A stretch of 63,771 nucleotides of DNA, filler included, from Octopus bimaculoides (taxonomy: Eukaryota), in NCBI RefSeq assembly GCF_001194135.2. It is 8 parts of 8 records of this genome, joined end to end, with 100 filler letters (N's around TTAATTAATTAA, not from the genome) between each part and the next. Parts side by side here need not be neighbours in the genome. Positions count along the whole stretch, not along the records: positions 10,848 to 16,598 come from NC_068996.1; positions 16,699 to 36,243 come from NC_068985.1; 6 more parts are not named here. One strand, 5' to 3'. The notes under the pieces are model-generated. The model did not search any database. It was not told the origin of the DNA and saw only the letters and a list, made by a program, of their open reading frames with translations. The first letter of the stretch is position 1; every line of letters begins with the position of its first letter. This document shows positions 13,701 to 26,625 of the stretch, in pieces. A program made the position numbers and the translations under genes.

Positions 13701-14133
13701 GTTGTCACTAATTGTAACTAAGGGTGCCAGGCGGCACTTATATTGCTAGAAACAAGTGTTAAAAACCCTTAGAGCCGAAAGAAACTAAATTTTCATATAC
13801 TGATGGGAAATATAACCGCTCTACAGTGAAGCTAGATCACTACACTAAACTTGCTTTGCTTGAAAATTGCTACCTCATCGGTAGTGACTACTCCATCGAT
13901 GGAAGGTTTGGCTAAACTCTGACTGTTAGTATATATATTTACCATAAGATTTTATGGCTGATTCAGCACAAAGCTAATATGTGAATATTATAAAATATTA
14001 TAAAATAACGAAAGCTATCTCACCCGTCAGTATATATAAATATGCTTTCTTCCAGCTCTAAGGGTTTTTAACTCTTATTTCTAGCAATATAATTGCTACC
14101 CGGCCCACTCAGTCACAATTAGTGACAATTGAA
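13697..14133. mobile_element. Non-autonomous DNA transposon-like element with ~110-bp imperfect inverted repeats
   Basis: ttcagttgtcactaattgt...tatattgctagaaacaagtgttaaaaacccttagagc...tatactgatggg (13697-13809) matches the reverse complement of ~14025-14133; the left end is lost in (TA)n/gap. Confidence 0.75.
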
Positions 14134-14443
14134 TTTTTCGTGCTTGGTTTTATATTGCTTATAACTTCCTTCGTTATTTCATACACACACACATACACAC
14201 ACATATACATATGAATGTATGCATATTATATTATATATAATATACTATGATATTATAAATGTTATATATAATATATTGTGATATTGTATATATATGACAA
14301 ATTCATCATGAGAAAATGTTTTAGAAAAAATTCAAACTTTTTATAAATATATGATTTTGTCGAAAAAATGTGGAGTTGAATTTGTAATCTTGGATTTTTA
14401 GCAGAGGTTCAGATGTTCTTTGTTATTTTACATCAATGTATGC

Positions 14444-14517
<74 letters not shown>

Positions 14518-14766
14518 NNNNNNNNNNNNNNNNNNNNNNNNNNNNNNNNNNNNNNNNNNNNNNNNNNNNNNNNNNNNNNNNNNNNNNNNNNNNNNNNNNN
14601 NNNNNNNNNNNNNNNNNNNNNNNNNNNNNNNNNNNNNNNNNNNNNNNNNNNNNNNNNNNNNNNNNNNNNNNNNNNNNNNNNNNNNNNNNNNNNNNNNNNN
14701 NNNNNNNNNNNNNNNNNNNNNNNNNNNNNNNNNNNNNNNNNNNNNNNNNNNNNNNNNNNNNNNNGA

Positions 14767-14861
<95 letters not shown>

Positions 14862-14997
14862 GAAGCTGTGTCTTCCTGAGATGTTTGAAATTGAGGACAA
14901 GTCAAAAAGGTCAATCTTTTAAAATCAAATTTTTCTTAGTAATTGTGTAACTGACGAATTTTTGGACACTTTTAATTTTACCGAGCTGAAGAAAATA

Positions 14998-15100
14998 GAA
15001 ACTATCAAATTGTTTCTAAACTATCAAATTGTTTCTAAAGAAACTATCAAATTGTTTCTAAACTATCAAATTGTTTCTAAAGAAACTATCAAATTGTTTC
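14998..15100. repeat. Minisatellite, five copies of aaactatcaaattgtttct with 19/23-bp alternation
   Basis: Read directly; an aaag spacer recurs every second unit (42-bp higher-order period). Confidence 0.9.
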
Positions 15101-16199
15101 AAATGGCTTTGAAAGATTCTAAATGTGTGAGTGTGCGCGCGCGTGAGCGTGTTGTGTGTGTGTACGTGCGTGTCTGTGTGATTTTAAGTGTACGTGTATG
15201 AGAGAATTTGTATGTCGGTTGCGTAAGTGAATCATTCCGTTATTTTAGTAACAGTGATGAGAACATAATAATAATGACCATAAAGGATTCCTATAAAAAC
15301 AAAATTATACCTGGAAATTAATAAATAACTGAATTATAAAAGCAATGTAACTGGATATCGTAAACCAAAAATACTTAAGAAAAGAATCAAAACAAATACT
15401 AAGCCATTTATCAATATACATAGTCCAGGAGTGACCAACATATTCGACAATTTAAAAACAAACTTAGTAATAGTTTTTCAGAGCCCCCAAATAAGAAACA
15501 GTATATGTTTAAAATGAATTTTAAACTGTATAGTAATAAACTAATAATACGTATAAGCTAGACAGGTTACTTATAAAAAGATACAGACTAAATTAGACTG
15601 AGATGAGTAAAGAATGTGAATGAGAAAGATTGCATATTTACTCAAATGAAGACTAGACGAATAGAATAATTTAAAATACGAAACTCGAAGAAATGTGAAA
15701 AGAGATGTACGAAAGGGATGGACATGTAAATTAGATGGGTTAGAGAAAAGGCAACAATAATGACAACAACAATAATAATAAATGTATTCACAGATATGAC
15801 AGAGTTGGGACCTATATACACTGGAAGCTATGCCAACACTATGGAATAACTAAAGAAAAACTGACAAATACATAAAATAAAAAGACATTGAGGCGAACAG
15901 CTGAAACATATGAGAAGAAATATCAAAGAACGTAACGAAAATGATAAGAATAAATAAGAAAGAACACGCGAGAAAATTGTAGGAATGAAAAGAAACTATT
16001 ACAAGGAAAATAGATATCAACTAAACTGTTATTTTTTATAACGAATATATTCGACAGAATGGAGAATAATAAATAGATTAATTAAAACAGGATTTTCAGA
16101 TTAATATATATTTTTACATAAATTTATTTTCAGATGCAAAGAGAAAATAACAACAACAATAATGATAACAATAAGGATAACAGTAACAACGATAATAAT

Positions 16200-16414
16200 G
16201 GTTTCAAATTTTGCCACAAGGGCAGCGGTTTTGGGGGAGGGTATGAGTTGATTACATCGACCCCAATGTTCAACTGGTACTTAATCTATCGATCCCGAGA
16301 GGATCTAAAGTAAAGTCGACCTAGGTGGAATTTTGAACACAGAACGTAGCAACGGGCGATATACTGCCAAGTATTTCATCCGAATGCTAACGATTCTGCT
16401 AGCTCACCACTTTA
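16200..16414 (-). mobile_element. tRNA-headed SINE family B, flanked by (AAT)n-like tracts
   Basis: Reverse complement of the plus-strand copy at 37544-37744; central gtcgacttt.c.tttcatcct..cggg.tcgata block conserved. Confidence 0.8.
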
Positions 16415-16416
16415 TC

Positions 16417-16432
16417 AATAATAATAATAATC

Positions 16433-16487
<55 letters not shown>

Positions 16488-16528
16488 TGATGATGAGGAT
16501 GATAATAATAATGATGATAATAATAATG

Positions 16529-16598
<70 letters not shown>
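16417..16598. repeat. (AAT)n microsatellite with GAT interruptions
   Basis: Read directly; runs into a gap. Confidence 0.95.
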
Positions 16599-16698
16599 NN
16601 NNNNNNNNNNNNNNNNNNNNNNNNNNNNNNNNNNNNNNNNNNTTAATTAATTAANNNNNNNNNNNNNNNNNNNNNNNNNNNNNNNNNNNNNNNNNNNN

Positions 16699-16996
16699 AC
16701 CTAAGGCACCTACTATGATAGGAATTGTTTCTGTTTTTAGATTCCACATTCGAGTTATCTCTATTTCCAGGTCTTTGTATTTTGAAAGTTTTTCCATTTC
16801 TTTTAGAGAAACGTTGTCATCTGCTGGTATTGAAACATCAATTAGAAGGCATTTTTTTCCTTCTTGATCTTTGACAACTATATCTGGTCTATTTGCCTTA
16901 ATTTCTCTATCTGTGTGTATTGGCATATCCCAGAGTATGGTTGCTTTCTCGTTTTCTGTGACCTTTTCTGGCGTGTGTTTATACCATCTTTTTTCT
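16699..16996 (-). mobile_element. R4/Dong-type non-LTR retrotransposon fragment, restriction-like endonuclease domain
   Basis: EKRWYKHTPEKVTENEKATILWDMPIHTDREIKANRPDIVV...LIDVSIP...EKLSKYKDL...IPIIVGALG: the RPD-(D/E)xK RLE signature. The 5' end abuts (TAA)n. Confidence 0.88.
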
Positions 16997-17699
16997 GTTA
17001 TTATTATTATTATTATTATTGTTATTGTTATTATTATTATTATTATACATAGATGAATAGATATGTGTGTGCGTGTATGCATTCACGTATATGGACATGT
17101 GTAAGTAATCATAGCGTTTCTAGTTGCAATACATTACGTGGCACATTGCACGTTGGATAAGAATGTTAGTGAGTGTCTGTTTGTGTGTAGGTGTGTGTGA
17201 GCTTTGTGAGAGAATAAAATCCAGTATAACTTGCTACATCCGACCAAATTAACCTGGTGTCGATGGCTACTAGATACCGAACAGGACAAAAGCAATAGAA
17301 GTCAAAATGACTGTCGACTCTAGCATAATGTCAAAGTCTATTTTATAAAAGAAAAAAAAAGCGGGGACAAATAAATTCCGAGAGTTTGTGGGATGTGATA
17401 TAAAATGAAACAGCCGGCGTATTATGAGACTTCGTTAAAGCATGTCAGAGATTAATATTCTAACATAAAAGAGGCCCGTCCCATTGGCATGAGAGACATC
17501 TTGCATCAGCTATCTTCGGTACTTATTGGCTTTGATAGTCAGAATTGTTGGGATGTTGTAAAAGATTTCTCACAGGTATTGTGGAGAAATTTATTTAGGT
17601 ACTTATCGTCGGTAATGGCTAGTCATATTGTTGAGTGAATGGATGATCAAGTTATATAACTAAATCATATGGATTTATATGTATACAATATACACTTTA

Positions 17700-17815
17700 T
17701 TTTTTACCTTTTATCTTCTGCTTCATTGAATCATTGGATAGCAGCCACACTGGAGCACTGCCTTGAAGAGTTTAGTCAAACAAATCGTCCCGGTAATTAT
17801 TCCATCGGTCTCTTA
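17700..17815 (-). mobile_element. SINE family A, 3' fragment
   Basis: Reverse complement reads ...tttgactaaactcttcaaggcagtgctccagtgtggctgct..aatgattcaatgaagc. Confidence 0.65.
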
Positions 17816-17826
17816 GATATATTAAC

Positions 17827-17901
<75 letters not shown>

Positions 17902-18836
17902 NNNNNNNNNNNNNNNNNNNNNNNNNNNNNNNNNNNNNNNNNNNNNNNNNNNNNNNNNNNNNNNNNNNNNNNNNNNNNNNNNNNNNNNNNNNNNNNNNNN
18001 NNNNNNNNNNNNNNNNNNNNNNNNNNNNNNNNNNNNNNNNNNNNNNNNNNNNNNNNNNNNNNNNNNNNNNNNNNNNNNNNNNNNNNNNNNNNNNNNNNNN
18101 NNNNNNNNNNNNNNNNNNNNNNNNNNNNNNNNNNNNNNNNNNNNNNNNNNNNNNNNNNNNNNNNNNNNNNNNNNNNNNNNNNNNNNNNNNNNNNNNNNNN
18201 NNNNNNNNNNNNNNNNNNNNNNNNNNNNNNNNNNNNNNNNNNNNNNNNNNNNNNNNNNNNNNNNNNNNNNNNNNNNNNNNNNNNNNNNNNNNNNNNNNNN
18301 NNNNNNNNNNNNNNNNNNNNNNNNNNNNNNNNNNNNNNNNNNNNNNNNNNNNNNNNNNNNNNNNNNNNNNNNNNNNNNNNNNNNNNNNNNNNNNNNNNNN
18401 NNNNNNNNNNNNNNNNNNNNNNNNNNNNNNNNNNNNNNNNNNNNNNNNNNNNNNNNNNNNNNNNNNNNNNNNNNNNNNNNNNNNNNNNNNNNNNNNNNNN
18501 NNNNNNNNNNNNNNNNNNNNNNNNNNNNNNNNNNNNNNNNNNNNNNNNNNNNNNNNNNNNNNNNNNNNNNNNNNNNNNNNNNNNNNNNNNNNNNNNNNNN
18601 NNNNNNNNNNNNNNNNNNNNNNNNNNNNNNNNNNNNNNNNNNNNNNNNNNNNNNNNNNNNNNNNNNNNNNNNNNNNNNNNNNNNNNNNNNNNNNNNNNNN
18701 NNNNNNNNNNNNNNNNNNNNNNNNNNNNNNNNNNNNNNNNNNNNNNNNNNNNNNNNNNNNNNNNNNNNNNNNNNNNNNNNNNNNNNNNNNNNNNNNNNNN
18801 NNNNNNNNNNNNNNNNNNNNNNNNNNNNNNNNNNNN

Positions 18837-18895
<59 letters not shown>

Positions 18896-19290
18896 TGTGT
18901 GGCTTGTGTGTATGCATGTCTACGTAGATTGATGAATCAGCGATCAGATCATGAACCAAAAAATGCCAATAAACATATAACCGACGGTACTCAAATATGT
19001 AAACATAGCACCCAATTTGCCCCTACACACATTGTGCTCTCTGCGAGCAGACATCAACTATATTGAATTATTCAATGACAGCCATAATCTTCCACAGCTG
19101 TAACCTATACTGCCTGTATCAGGCCGGTTAATGCTCCGTTAATCTTTTGGAATGTTGTTGGTGTAAAACAGGATTAAGTCTTCGTACTACACCTTGTCTG
19201 TAACAGGATTTGCAATCTTCTGTTAGTTTATGCTCTTGCATGCAAGCACACACACACACACACACATATGTATATGTGTGTGCATATATA

Positions 19291-19364
<74 letters not shown>

Positions 19365-19409
19365 CGTATGTATGTATCTATGTATGTATGTATGTATATA
19401 TGGATAGAT

Positions 19410-19440
<31 letters not shown>

Positions 19441-20237
19441 AAGACAGATAGATAGATAGATAGATAGATAGATANNNNNNNNNNNNNNNNNNNNNNNNNN
19501 NNNNNNNNNNNNNNNNNNNNNNNNNNNNNNNNNNNNNNNNNNNNNNNNNNNNNNNNNNNNNNNNNNNNNNNNNNNNNNNNNNNNNNNNNNNNNNNNNNNN
19601 NNNNNNNNNNNNNNNNNNNNNNNNNNNNNNNNNNNNNNNNNNNNNNNNNNNNNNNNNNNNNNNNNNNNNNNNNNNNNNNNNNNNNNNNNNNNNNNNNNNN
19701 NNNNNNNNNNNNNNNNNNNNNNNNNNNNNNNNNNNNNNNNNNNNNNNNNNNNNNNNNNNNNNNNNNNNNNNNNNNNNNNNNNNNNNNNNNNNNNNNNNNN
19801 NNNNNNNNNNNNNNNNNNNNNNNNNNNNNNNNNNNNNNNNNNNNNNNNNNNNNNNNNNNNNNNNNNNNNNNNNNNNNNNNNNNNNNNNNNNNNNNNNNNN
19901 NNNNNNNNNNNNNNNNNNNNNNNNNNNNNNNNNNNNNNNNNNNNNNNNNNNNNNNNNNNNNNNNNNNNNNNNNNNNNNNNNNNNNNNNNNNNNNNNNNNN
20001 NNNNNNNNNNNNNNNNNNNNNNNNNNNNNNNNNNNNNNNNNNNNNNNNNNNNNNNNNNNNNNNNNNNNNNNNNNNNNNNNNNNNNNNNNNNNNNNNNNNN
20101 NNNNNNNNNNNNNNNNNNNNNNNNNNNNNNNNNNNNNNNNNNNNNNNNNNNNNNNNNNNNNNNNNNNNNNNNNNNNNNNNNNNNNNNNNNNNNNNNNNNN
20201 NNNNNNNNNNNNNNNNTATATATATATATATGCATGC

Positions 20238-20270
<33 letters not shown>

Positions 20271-20543
20271 TTTATGCAGGATGGAAAATACAGGGAGATT
20301 ATAAGTAGGTCAGTTATGTCCTACGTAAATCGCACTGGAGAATAATGAAAAATAGCAAAGCTGTGATTGCCATACTGAAAAGAGGAACAAAGAATATACA
20401 TAAGAAATATGGCAGAAGCTTGTGAGAGAATAACGAACATTATCCTCAGTAAGAAGTATTTGTATAGTATAGCGGTTACATGGGTAAAGTGGTTATAGAT
20501 ATACAATAGTTGATGGATTGACTACAATGATTATCACAGAAGC

Positions 20544-20790
20544 AAAGGTCAGTCCCGAGCCATACGCTCATAGCGTGGGCTTCCTGGATACTATGGCGTA
20601 TATATATTCCACCCATAGATGGGACACTGGTCTAGCGCAGGATTAGTCATTTTTGCTAGCTGAGCAGATTTGAGATACATGAAATGAAGTGTTTTTCTCA
20701 AGAACACAACGCACCCTCGGTCGAGGAATCGAAACCACAATCTTACGATCATGAGTACAACACCTTATCCACTAAGTCATGTGTCTCCAC
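20544..20790 (-). mobile_element. tRNA-headed SINE (family E) with a V-domain-like core
   Basis: Minus strand: gacttagtggataagg (A box), ggtttcgattcc (B box), then aatcctgcgctagaccagtgtcccatctatggg, which resembles the V-SINE core cctgcgatggactggcgtcccatccaggg as I recall it. Confidence 0.65.
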
Positions 20791-20802
20791 GCAATGGTTA
20801 TA

Positions 20803-21019
20803 CGAGAGAGTGATGAAAAGTTTCTGGCCTTAAGAGTATTGCGAAAGGCGTGGATGGAGGCCTAACTTTCAGAATTCTTTTACTGGGCTTAGGAAAACTG
20901 AAGGACCACTGCAATAAGTGTGAGAATTCGAGAGGCAAATAGTTCGAATAAAATCATAATTAACTGATCTTCCCGTATTTTCTTTTACCCAAAGCCAGGA
21001 ACTTTTCAGCACATTCTTG
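20803..21019 (+). mobile_element. mariner-derived MITE
   Basis: TA followed by cgagagagtgatgaaaagtttctggc ... gccaggaacttttcagcacattcttg (imperfect TIRs); retains a decayed transposase 3' end (GLGKLKDHCNKCENSRG). Second copy at 30181-30387. Confidence 0.75.
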
Positions 21020-21272
21020 TGGAAGGAAAGAATACGTTACAGTTATGGTGCCAATGTTAAACTGCTCCGCTAGAGGAAGCCCACGGCTGGTAATTTATTT
21101 ATCGAGATCAAAAGAATGAAAATCAAAGTTAACCTCGGCGGGATTTGAAATACGGCCCCAGAGATTTAGGAACAAACACTAAAAAATATTTGGAAGTTAG
21201 GAAAATCGATGTGATGTTTAGCCATTCAATAACTGAAGAATGGAATGTTCCGTAAAGCAAGGTGTAATTCTA

Positions 21273-21757
21273 CGAGGTGCGTTCAAAAAGTATGCAACGT
21301 TATTTTTTCAACCCAAACTAATGCCAAATAGGTAAAATACTTTGGATGGGAAGTGACGCGACCCTTCCTGCTCACGCGGGAAAATTTTCGTGCTGGCAGG
21401 CCGCGTCAGTTCCTGGTTATTACGCCTAGAGTACAGACGTGCAGTGCGCGCTCATCAGATTTTTCTTTTGCCGCCAAATGACAGGGCACATCGAGCAGAG
21501 ACCATAAACCCATGTCCCATCACCAGTGATGAAGTCTGGGTCGTGGTTTATATAGTTCAACATGTCCTGAGCGATTTCCAAGCAGAGTTGCTTCAATGAC
21601 TTTTCGACGAAAATTCCCGATCGGCTCCTCGTTTCGCACACTACATGTCTCTACTCTAGGCGTAACAGTTGGAAACTGACTCGGCCTACGGGCTCGAAAA
21701 TTTTCACACATACGCAGGAAAGGTGGCGTCACTCACCTCTCACTTAAAATATTTTTC
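21273..21757. mobile_element. Rearranged mariner element with inverted arms and oppositely oriented transposase remnants
   Basis: TA followed by TIR cgaggtgcgttcaaaaagt; plus-strand ATG 21478 gives MTGHIEQR; minus-strand 21502-21600 gives KQLCLEIAQDMLNYINHDPDFITGDGTWVYG (first catalytic D motif); 21334-21450 resembles the reverse complement of 21635-21755. Confidence 0.8.
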
Positions 21758-21941
21758 NNNNNNNNNNNNNNNNNNNNNNNNNNNNNNNNNNNNNNNNNNN
21801 NNNNNNNNNNNNNNNNNNNNNNNNNNNNNNNNNNNNNNNNNNNNNNNNNNNNNNNNNNNNNNNNNNNNNNNNNNNNNNNNNNNNNNNNNNNNNNNNNNNN
21901 NNNNNNNNNNNNNNNNNNNNNNNNNNNNNNNNNNNNNNNNN

Positions 21942-21985
<44 letters not shown>

Positions 21986-22613
21986 GAAATGAAACGATTG
22001 AGTGCGGTTGTTTGGACACTGACCATTTGGTTCGGCTGAATGGAAATTGAACGTGTTTAAGCAAAGGTATGTGTTGACATAAAAGTTCAACACACAAAAC
22101 CACACACTCACATGCACGCATAAAAATATATTTAGTATATATAATATACATGTAATAGTATACAGAGATAGAGGGACTGAGAGTGCGGAAGAGAAGAGAG
22201 GAAAATGAACATTACACATAAATGCAAACATATCTAAATGCTCAGACGAATAAACAGACACACATATCAACATACATAAACACATAAGCAACGAATGTGC
22301 GCGCGCAAGCGTTTATCGTTATCTTGGCAAAACGTGAAGGTTGTAAACGAGCAGCACCGTCTTCCAGTCATCCGTGAAAAACATGTCTGGCTCTATGGAG
22401 ATATTACCATGCCTGGAAACATGCGAGGTTTGACGGCTATAGAAAATCTACCTCGACAATTTTCACGTGACCCATGAAAACATATTGAATAATGGTGATG
22501 ATCATGATAATACATGAGTGTGTGTGCATGCATGTGTATGTAACTTATATATATACACATACATATATATATTTATATAACATATATATATACATAAACA
22601 TATATATATATAC

Positions 22614-22656
<43 letters not shown>

Positions 22657-23665
22657 NNNNNNNNNNNNNNNNNNNNNNNNNNNNNNNNNNNNNNNNNNNN
22701 NNNNNNNNNNNNNNNNNNNNNNNNNNNNNNNNNNNNNNNNNNNNNNNNNNNNNNNNNNNNNNNNNNNNNNNNNNNNNNNNNNNNNNNNNNNNNNNNNNNN
22801 NNNNNNNNNNNNNNNNNNNNNNNNNNNNNNNNNNNNNNNNNNNNNNNNNNNNNNNNNNNNNNNNNNNNNNNNNNNNNNNNNNNNNNNNNNNNNNNNNNNN
22901 NNNNNNNNNNNNNNNNNNNNNNNNNNNNNNNNNNNNNNNNNNNNNNNNNNNNNNNNNNNNNNNNNNNNNNNNNNNNNNNNNNNNNNNNNNNNNNNNNNNN
23001 NNNNNNNNNNNNNNNNNNNNNNNNNNNNNNNNNNNNNNNNNNNNNNNNNNNNNNNNNNNNNNNNNNNNNNNNNNNNNNNNNNNNNNNNNNNNNNNNNNNN
23101 NNNNNNNNNNNNNNNNNNNNNNNNNNNNNNNNNNNNNNNNNNNNNNNNNNNNNNNNNNNNNNNNNNNNNNNNNNNNNNNNNNNNNNNNNNNNNNNNNNNN
23201 NNNNNNNNNNNNNNNNNNNNNNNNNNNNNNNNNNNNNNNNNNNNNNNNNNNNNNNNNNNNNNNNNNNNNNNNNNNNNNNNNNNNNNNNNNNNNNNNNNNN
23301 NNNNNNNNNNNNNNNNNNNNNNNNNNNNNNNNNNNNNNNNNNNNNNNNNNNNNNNNNNNNNNNNNNNNNNNNNNNNNNNNNNNNNNNNNNNNNNNNNNNN
23401 NNNNNNNNNNNNNNNNNNNNNNNNNNNNNNNNNNNNNNNNNNNNNNNNNNNNNNNNNNNNNNNNNNNNNNNNNNNNNNNNNNNNNNNNNNNNNNNNNNNN
23501 NNNNNNNNNNNNNNNNNNNNNNNNNNNNNNNNNNNNNNNNNNNNNNNNNNNNNNNNNNNNNNNNNNNNNNNNNNNNNNNNNNNNNNNNNNNNNNNNNNNN
23601 NNNNNNNNNNNNNNNNNNNNNNNNNNNNNNNNNNNNNNNNNNNNNNNNNNNNNNNAAACATATGT

Positions 23666-23701
23666 GTAGTAGTAGTAGTAGTAGTAGCAGTAGTAGTAGT
23701 A

Positions 23702-23767
<66 letters not shown>
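23666..23767. repeat. (AGT)n microsatellite, followed by (GATA)n at 23908-23962
   Basis: Read directly. Confidence 0.95.
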
Positions 23768-23768
<1 letters not shown>

Positions 23769-23906
23769 ACGTGGTTAGGAATTAATGAGAACATAGAGAA
23801 GCCGAAGAGTATGGAGAAAAGTGGGAAGTATATGTTTATTTTATCATCACAGAAAGATCGGCTTCGAACTTTATACAGTTCGAGAAGTGTGCATATTCAT
23901 ATAAAT

Positions 23907-23963
<57 letters not shown>

Positions 23964-24141
23964 GGAGCAAAACTTGTTCTGAGCTTTATTATTCCCGCGA
24001 AAGTTTGATTACCGAACAAAGAAATCTAGTGACAACGCCGCAACCTTGAAGGAGAGAGCAAAATCTCAAGAATACCAGAAGTTCGGCAATTTAACATTGT
24101 CTAATATACTTTGCGCAGAAATATCAGTTATGGACAAATTT

Positions 24142-24178
<37 letters not shown>

Positions 24179-24321
24179 TCTCTCTCTTTCGTTCCTCACT
24201 TTCAATCTCTCTCGCTTTTTCGTTCCTCACTTTTACTCTCTCTTAGTCTCTCTTTCTTTCTTCTGTTCTCTTTCTCTTTCTCTCGCTCCTTTCTCCCCCT
24301 CTCTTTCTGTCTCTACTTCTC

Positions 24322-24526
24322 TCTCTCTCTCTTTTCTTCCTCTCCCTCTCCACTCCCGCTGTCTCTCTTTCTTTCTCTCTCTCTTTTCTTCCTCTCCCTC
24401 TCCACTCCTGCTTTCTCTCTTTCTTTCTCTCTCTCTTTTCTTCCTCTCCCTCTCCACTCTCGCTCTCTCTCTCTTTCTTTCTCTCTCTCTTTTCTTCCTC
24501 TCCCTCTCCACTCCCGCTCTCTCTCT
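24322..24526. repeat. Polypyrimidine minisatellite, four copies of a ~54-bp unit within a CT-rich tract (24140-24526)
   Basis: Unit ctctctcttttcttcctctccctctccactc(c/t)..gct..ctctctttcttt repeated four times. Confidence 0.9.
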
Positions 24527-25486
24527 GTTTCAGGTTATATTTCTTCAGAATTTTGGTGTCTGTTTGACATTCATTCAAGGACTTATTTGTGTGCAATGTG
24601 TACCTGGAATCTTTTGGACAAGTGGTGTTAGTATGCTACTATCTACCATCTTGGATATAATTATTTTTGCCAGTGGTTATAATACCAAAGTATGTTTGAG
24701 TTTCTTTGTGAATTTCTGTGAGGAGTGTTAACTGTGAAATTAAGAATATATCTATTGTGAAGAGATTTGATTTAACGAATGGTATTTTCATGGTCGAAAG
24801 TTTTTGGTGTGTTGTGCATTTGTTGCGGTATATAACCATTTCTTCTTTATGTTTGTGGCATGTGTGAGCGTTTGGTGTAGTTTTCGTGGAATTTTGTTAT
24901 AAATGGGAAGGAATGTTTGGAAGGAATATTTGTGTATATGTGTGTGTAGTAAGGTATCTTCAGGTATAATGATGCTTGTCTGTTCTTTCGTTTTATATCA
25001 TTGTATTTAGCATCGGTATCATAATATTACTTCCTTTCTCTTATTTAGAACGTGCTTATTTTCTGTGACTATGTGATATTTTGCTGTGACGCAGAGTGAG
25101 AAAATACTAGAGCCGTTTATAATTGATGGATAGATGGTCTATCATTTCCTAGTTTATGTTTGCTGTGATTTTGTTTCCTTTAATTCCCAGGAGTATTTAG
25201 ACATAACTGTTGCGTTTCTGTTGTATATGGTTGAAAATGTGTGCAACACTTGTGTGTATCTGATCTTATGGTTTTCACTAGTAACGCCAGTGTTGTTTCC
25301 CATCTGGCTGCCTTCGCTGGCTTTTCCCCTTCAATTCCTTTTTCCATTATCCCTTCCTCCTTTGCTTTGTTTTTCAGTCTTTCTTCTCAAGGACTAGCGA
25401 CCAATGCGTCAAAACTCTCTCCCTTCATTTCAAGCATTGTGCTAATACAATTTTTGTCATAACTTGCACCTATTTTGTCTACATTC

Positions 25487-25559
<73 letters not shown>

Positions 25560-26589
25560 TGCTTATACACACGAATACACGTGATTATAATAATAATAAT
25601 AACAACAACAACAACAAAAACAATAATAGATGCAAAAGTAGATCCAATAGAAATATAGACCAACAATGGATGATACCAGGTAGCCCAATCCGTGCTAATG
25701 TTTTACTCAACACATCAACAAACTAAGTGACAAATGACCATTGGTCTAACAAATTATATATACATATANNNNNNNNNNNNNNNNNNNNNNNNNNNNNNNN
25801 NNNNNNNNNNNNNNNNNNNNNNNNNNNNNNNNNNNNNNNNNNNNNNNNNNNNNNNNNNNNNNNNNNNNNNNNNNNNNNNNNNNNNNNNNNNNNNNNNNNN
25901 NNNNNNNNNNNNNNNNNNNNNNNNNNNNNNNNNNNNNNNNNNNNNNNNNNNNNNNNNNNNNNNNNNNNNNNNNNNNNNNNNNNNNNNNNNNNNNNNNNNN
26001 NNACACACGTGGAGACAGGTGCATAGATAGGAATGCGGTTTCTATTTTTTCCCTAGCCGCCATAGTTACCGAGAAAATCTATTAAAACTTTTCTAATGGA
26101 ATTCCCCTATTTATTCCGCCATTAAAACAACCAGTTTCTCACACAGCCGGCATATACCATTTCGCTAGAAACAAGGGGAGTACAGGATGACAGTCAGCCA
26201 AAACTTTCGTTATGCTGTCTCTCTTCTTTCACCTCTTTGTGGGGTTAATAATCTTCATCATTAGTTAGAGTTTCTCATTCAAACTACATAATAAGCAGAA
26301 TTGTCAGATTAAGACAGTAGGGTGTTTTGAGGGAGATTTGGCTGCTATTTCTACCATGTAGAGGTCTCAACTTAATTTTCATTCACGTATTTGCATTTCA
26401 AAAATTTAACATAATCTTTTCCATAAATCAACAATCGTAAAAATTTTCTACCATGACCTCACATTTTCTATGTATGCGTGTGTACCTTAAAAGACGTGAT
26501 TAGACAGAGGTCCAACAGAATTACTCTCAGAAACAGACTACGCACAAGTTCCTTCTTCACAACTCCTGAATATACATATATATAAATTA

Positions 26590-26625
26590 CTTTCTGTGGA
26601 AGAGCGTGAGCTCGAAACGTTAAAG
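26590..26625 (+). ncRNA. Minimal type-I hammerhead ribozyme motif, degenerate core, in a short repeat (26590-26715)
   Basis: CUUU-CUGUGGA-A-GAGC(GUGA)GCUC-GAAA-CG-UU-AAAG: stem I 4 bp, stem II 4 bp with a GNRA loop; core A6 changed to U. Confidence 0.65.
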
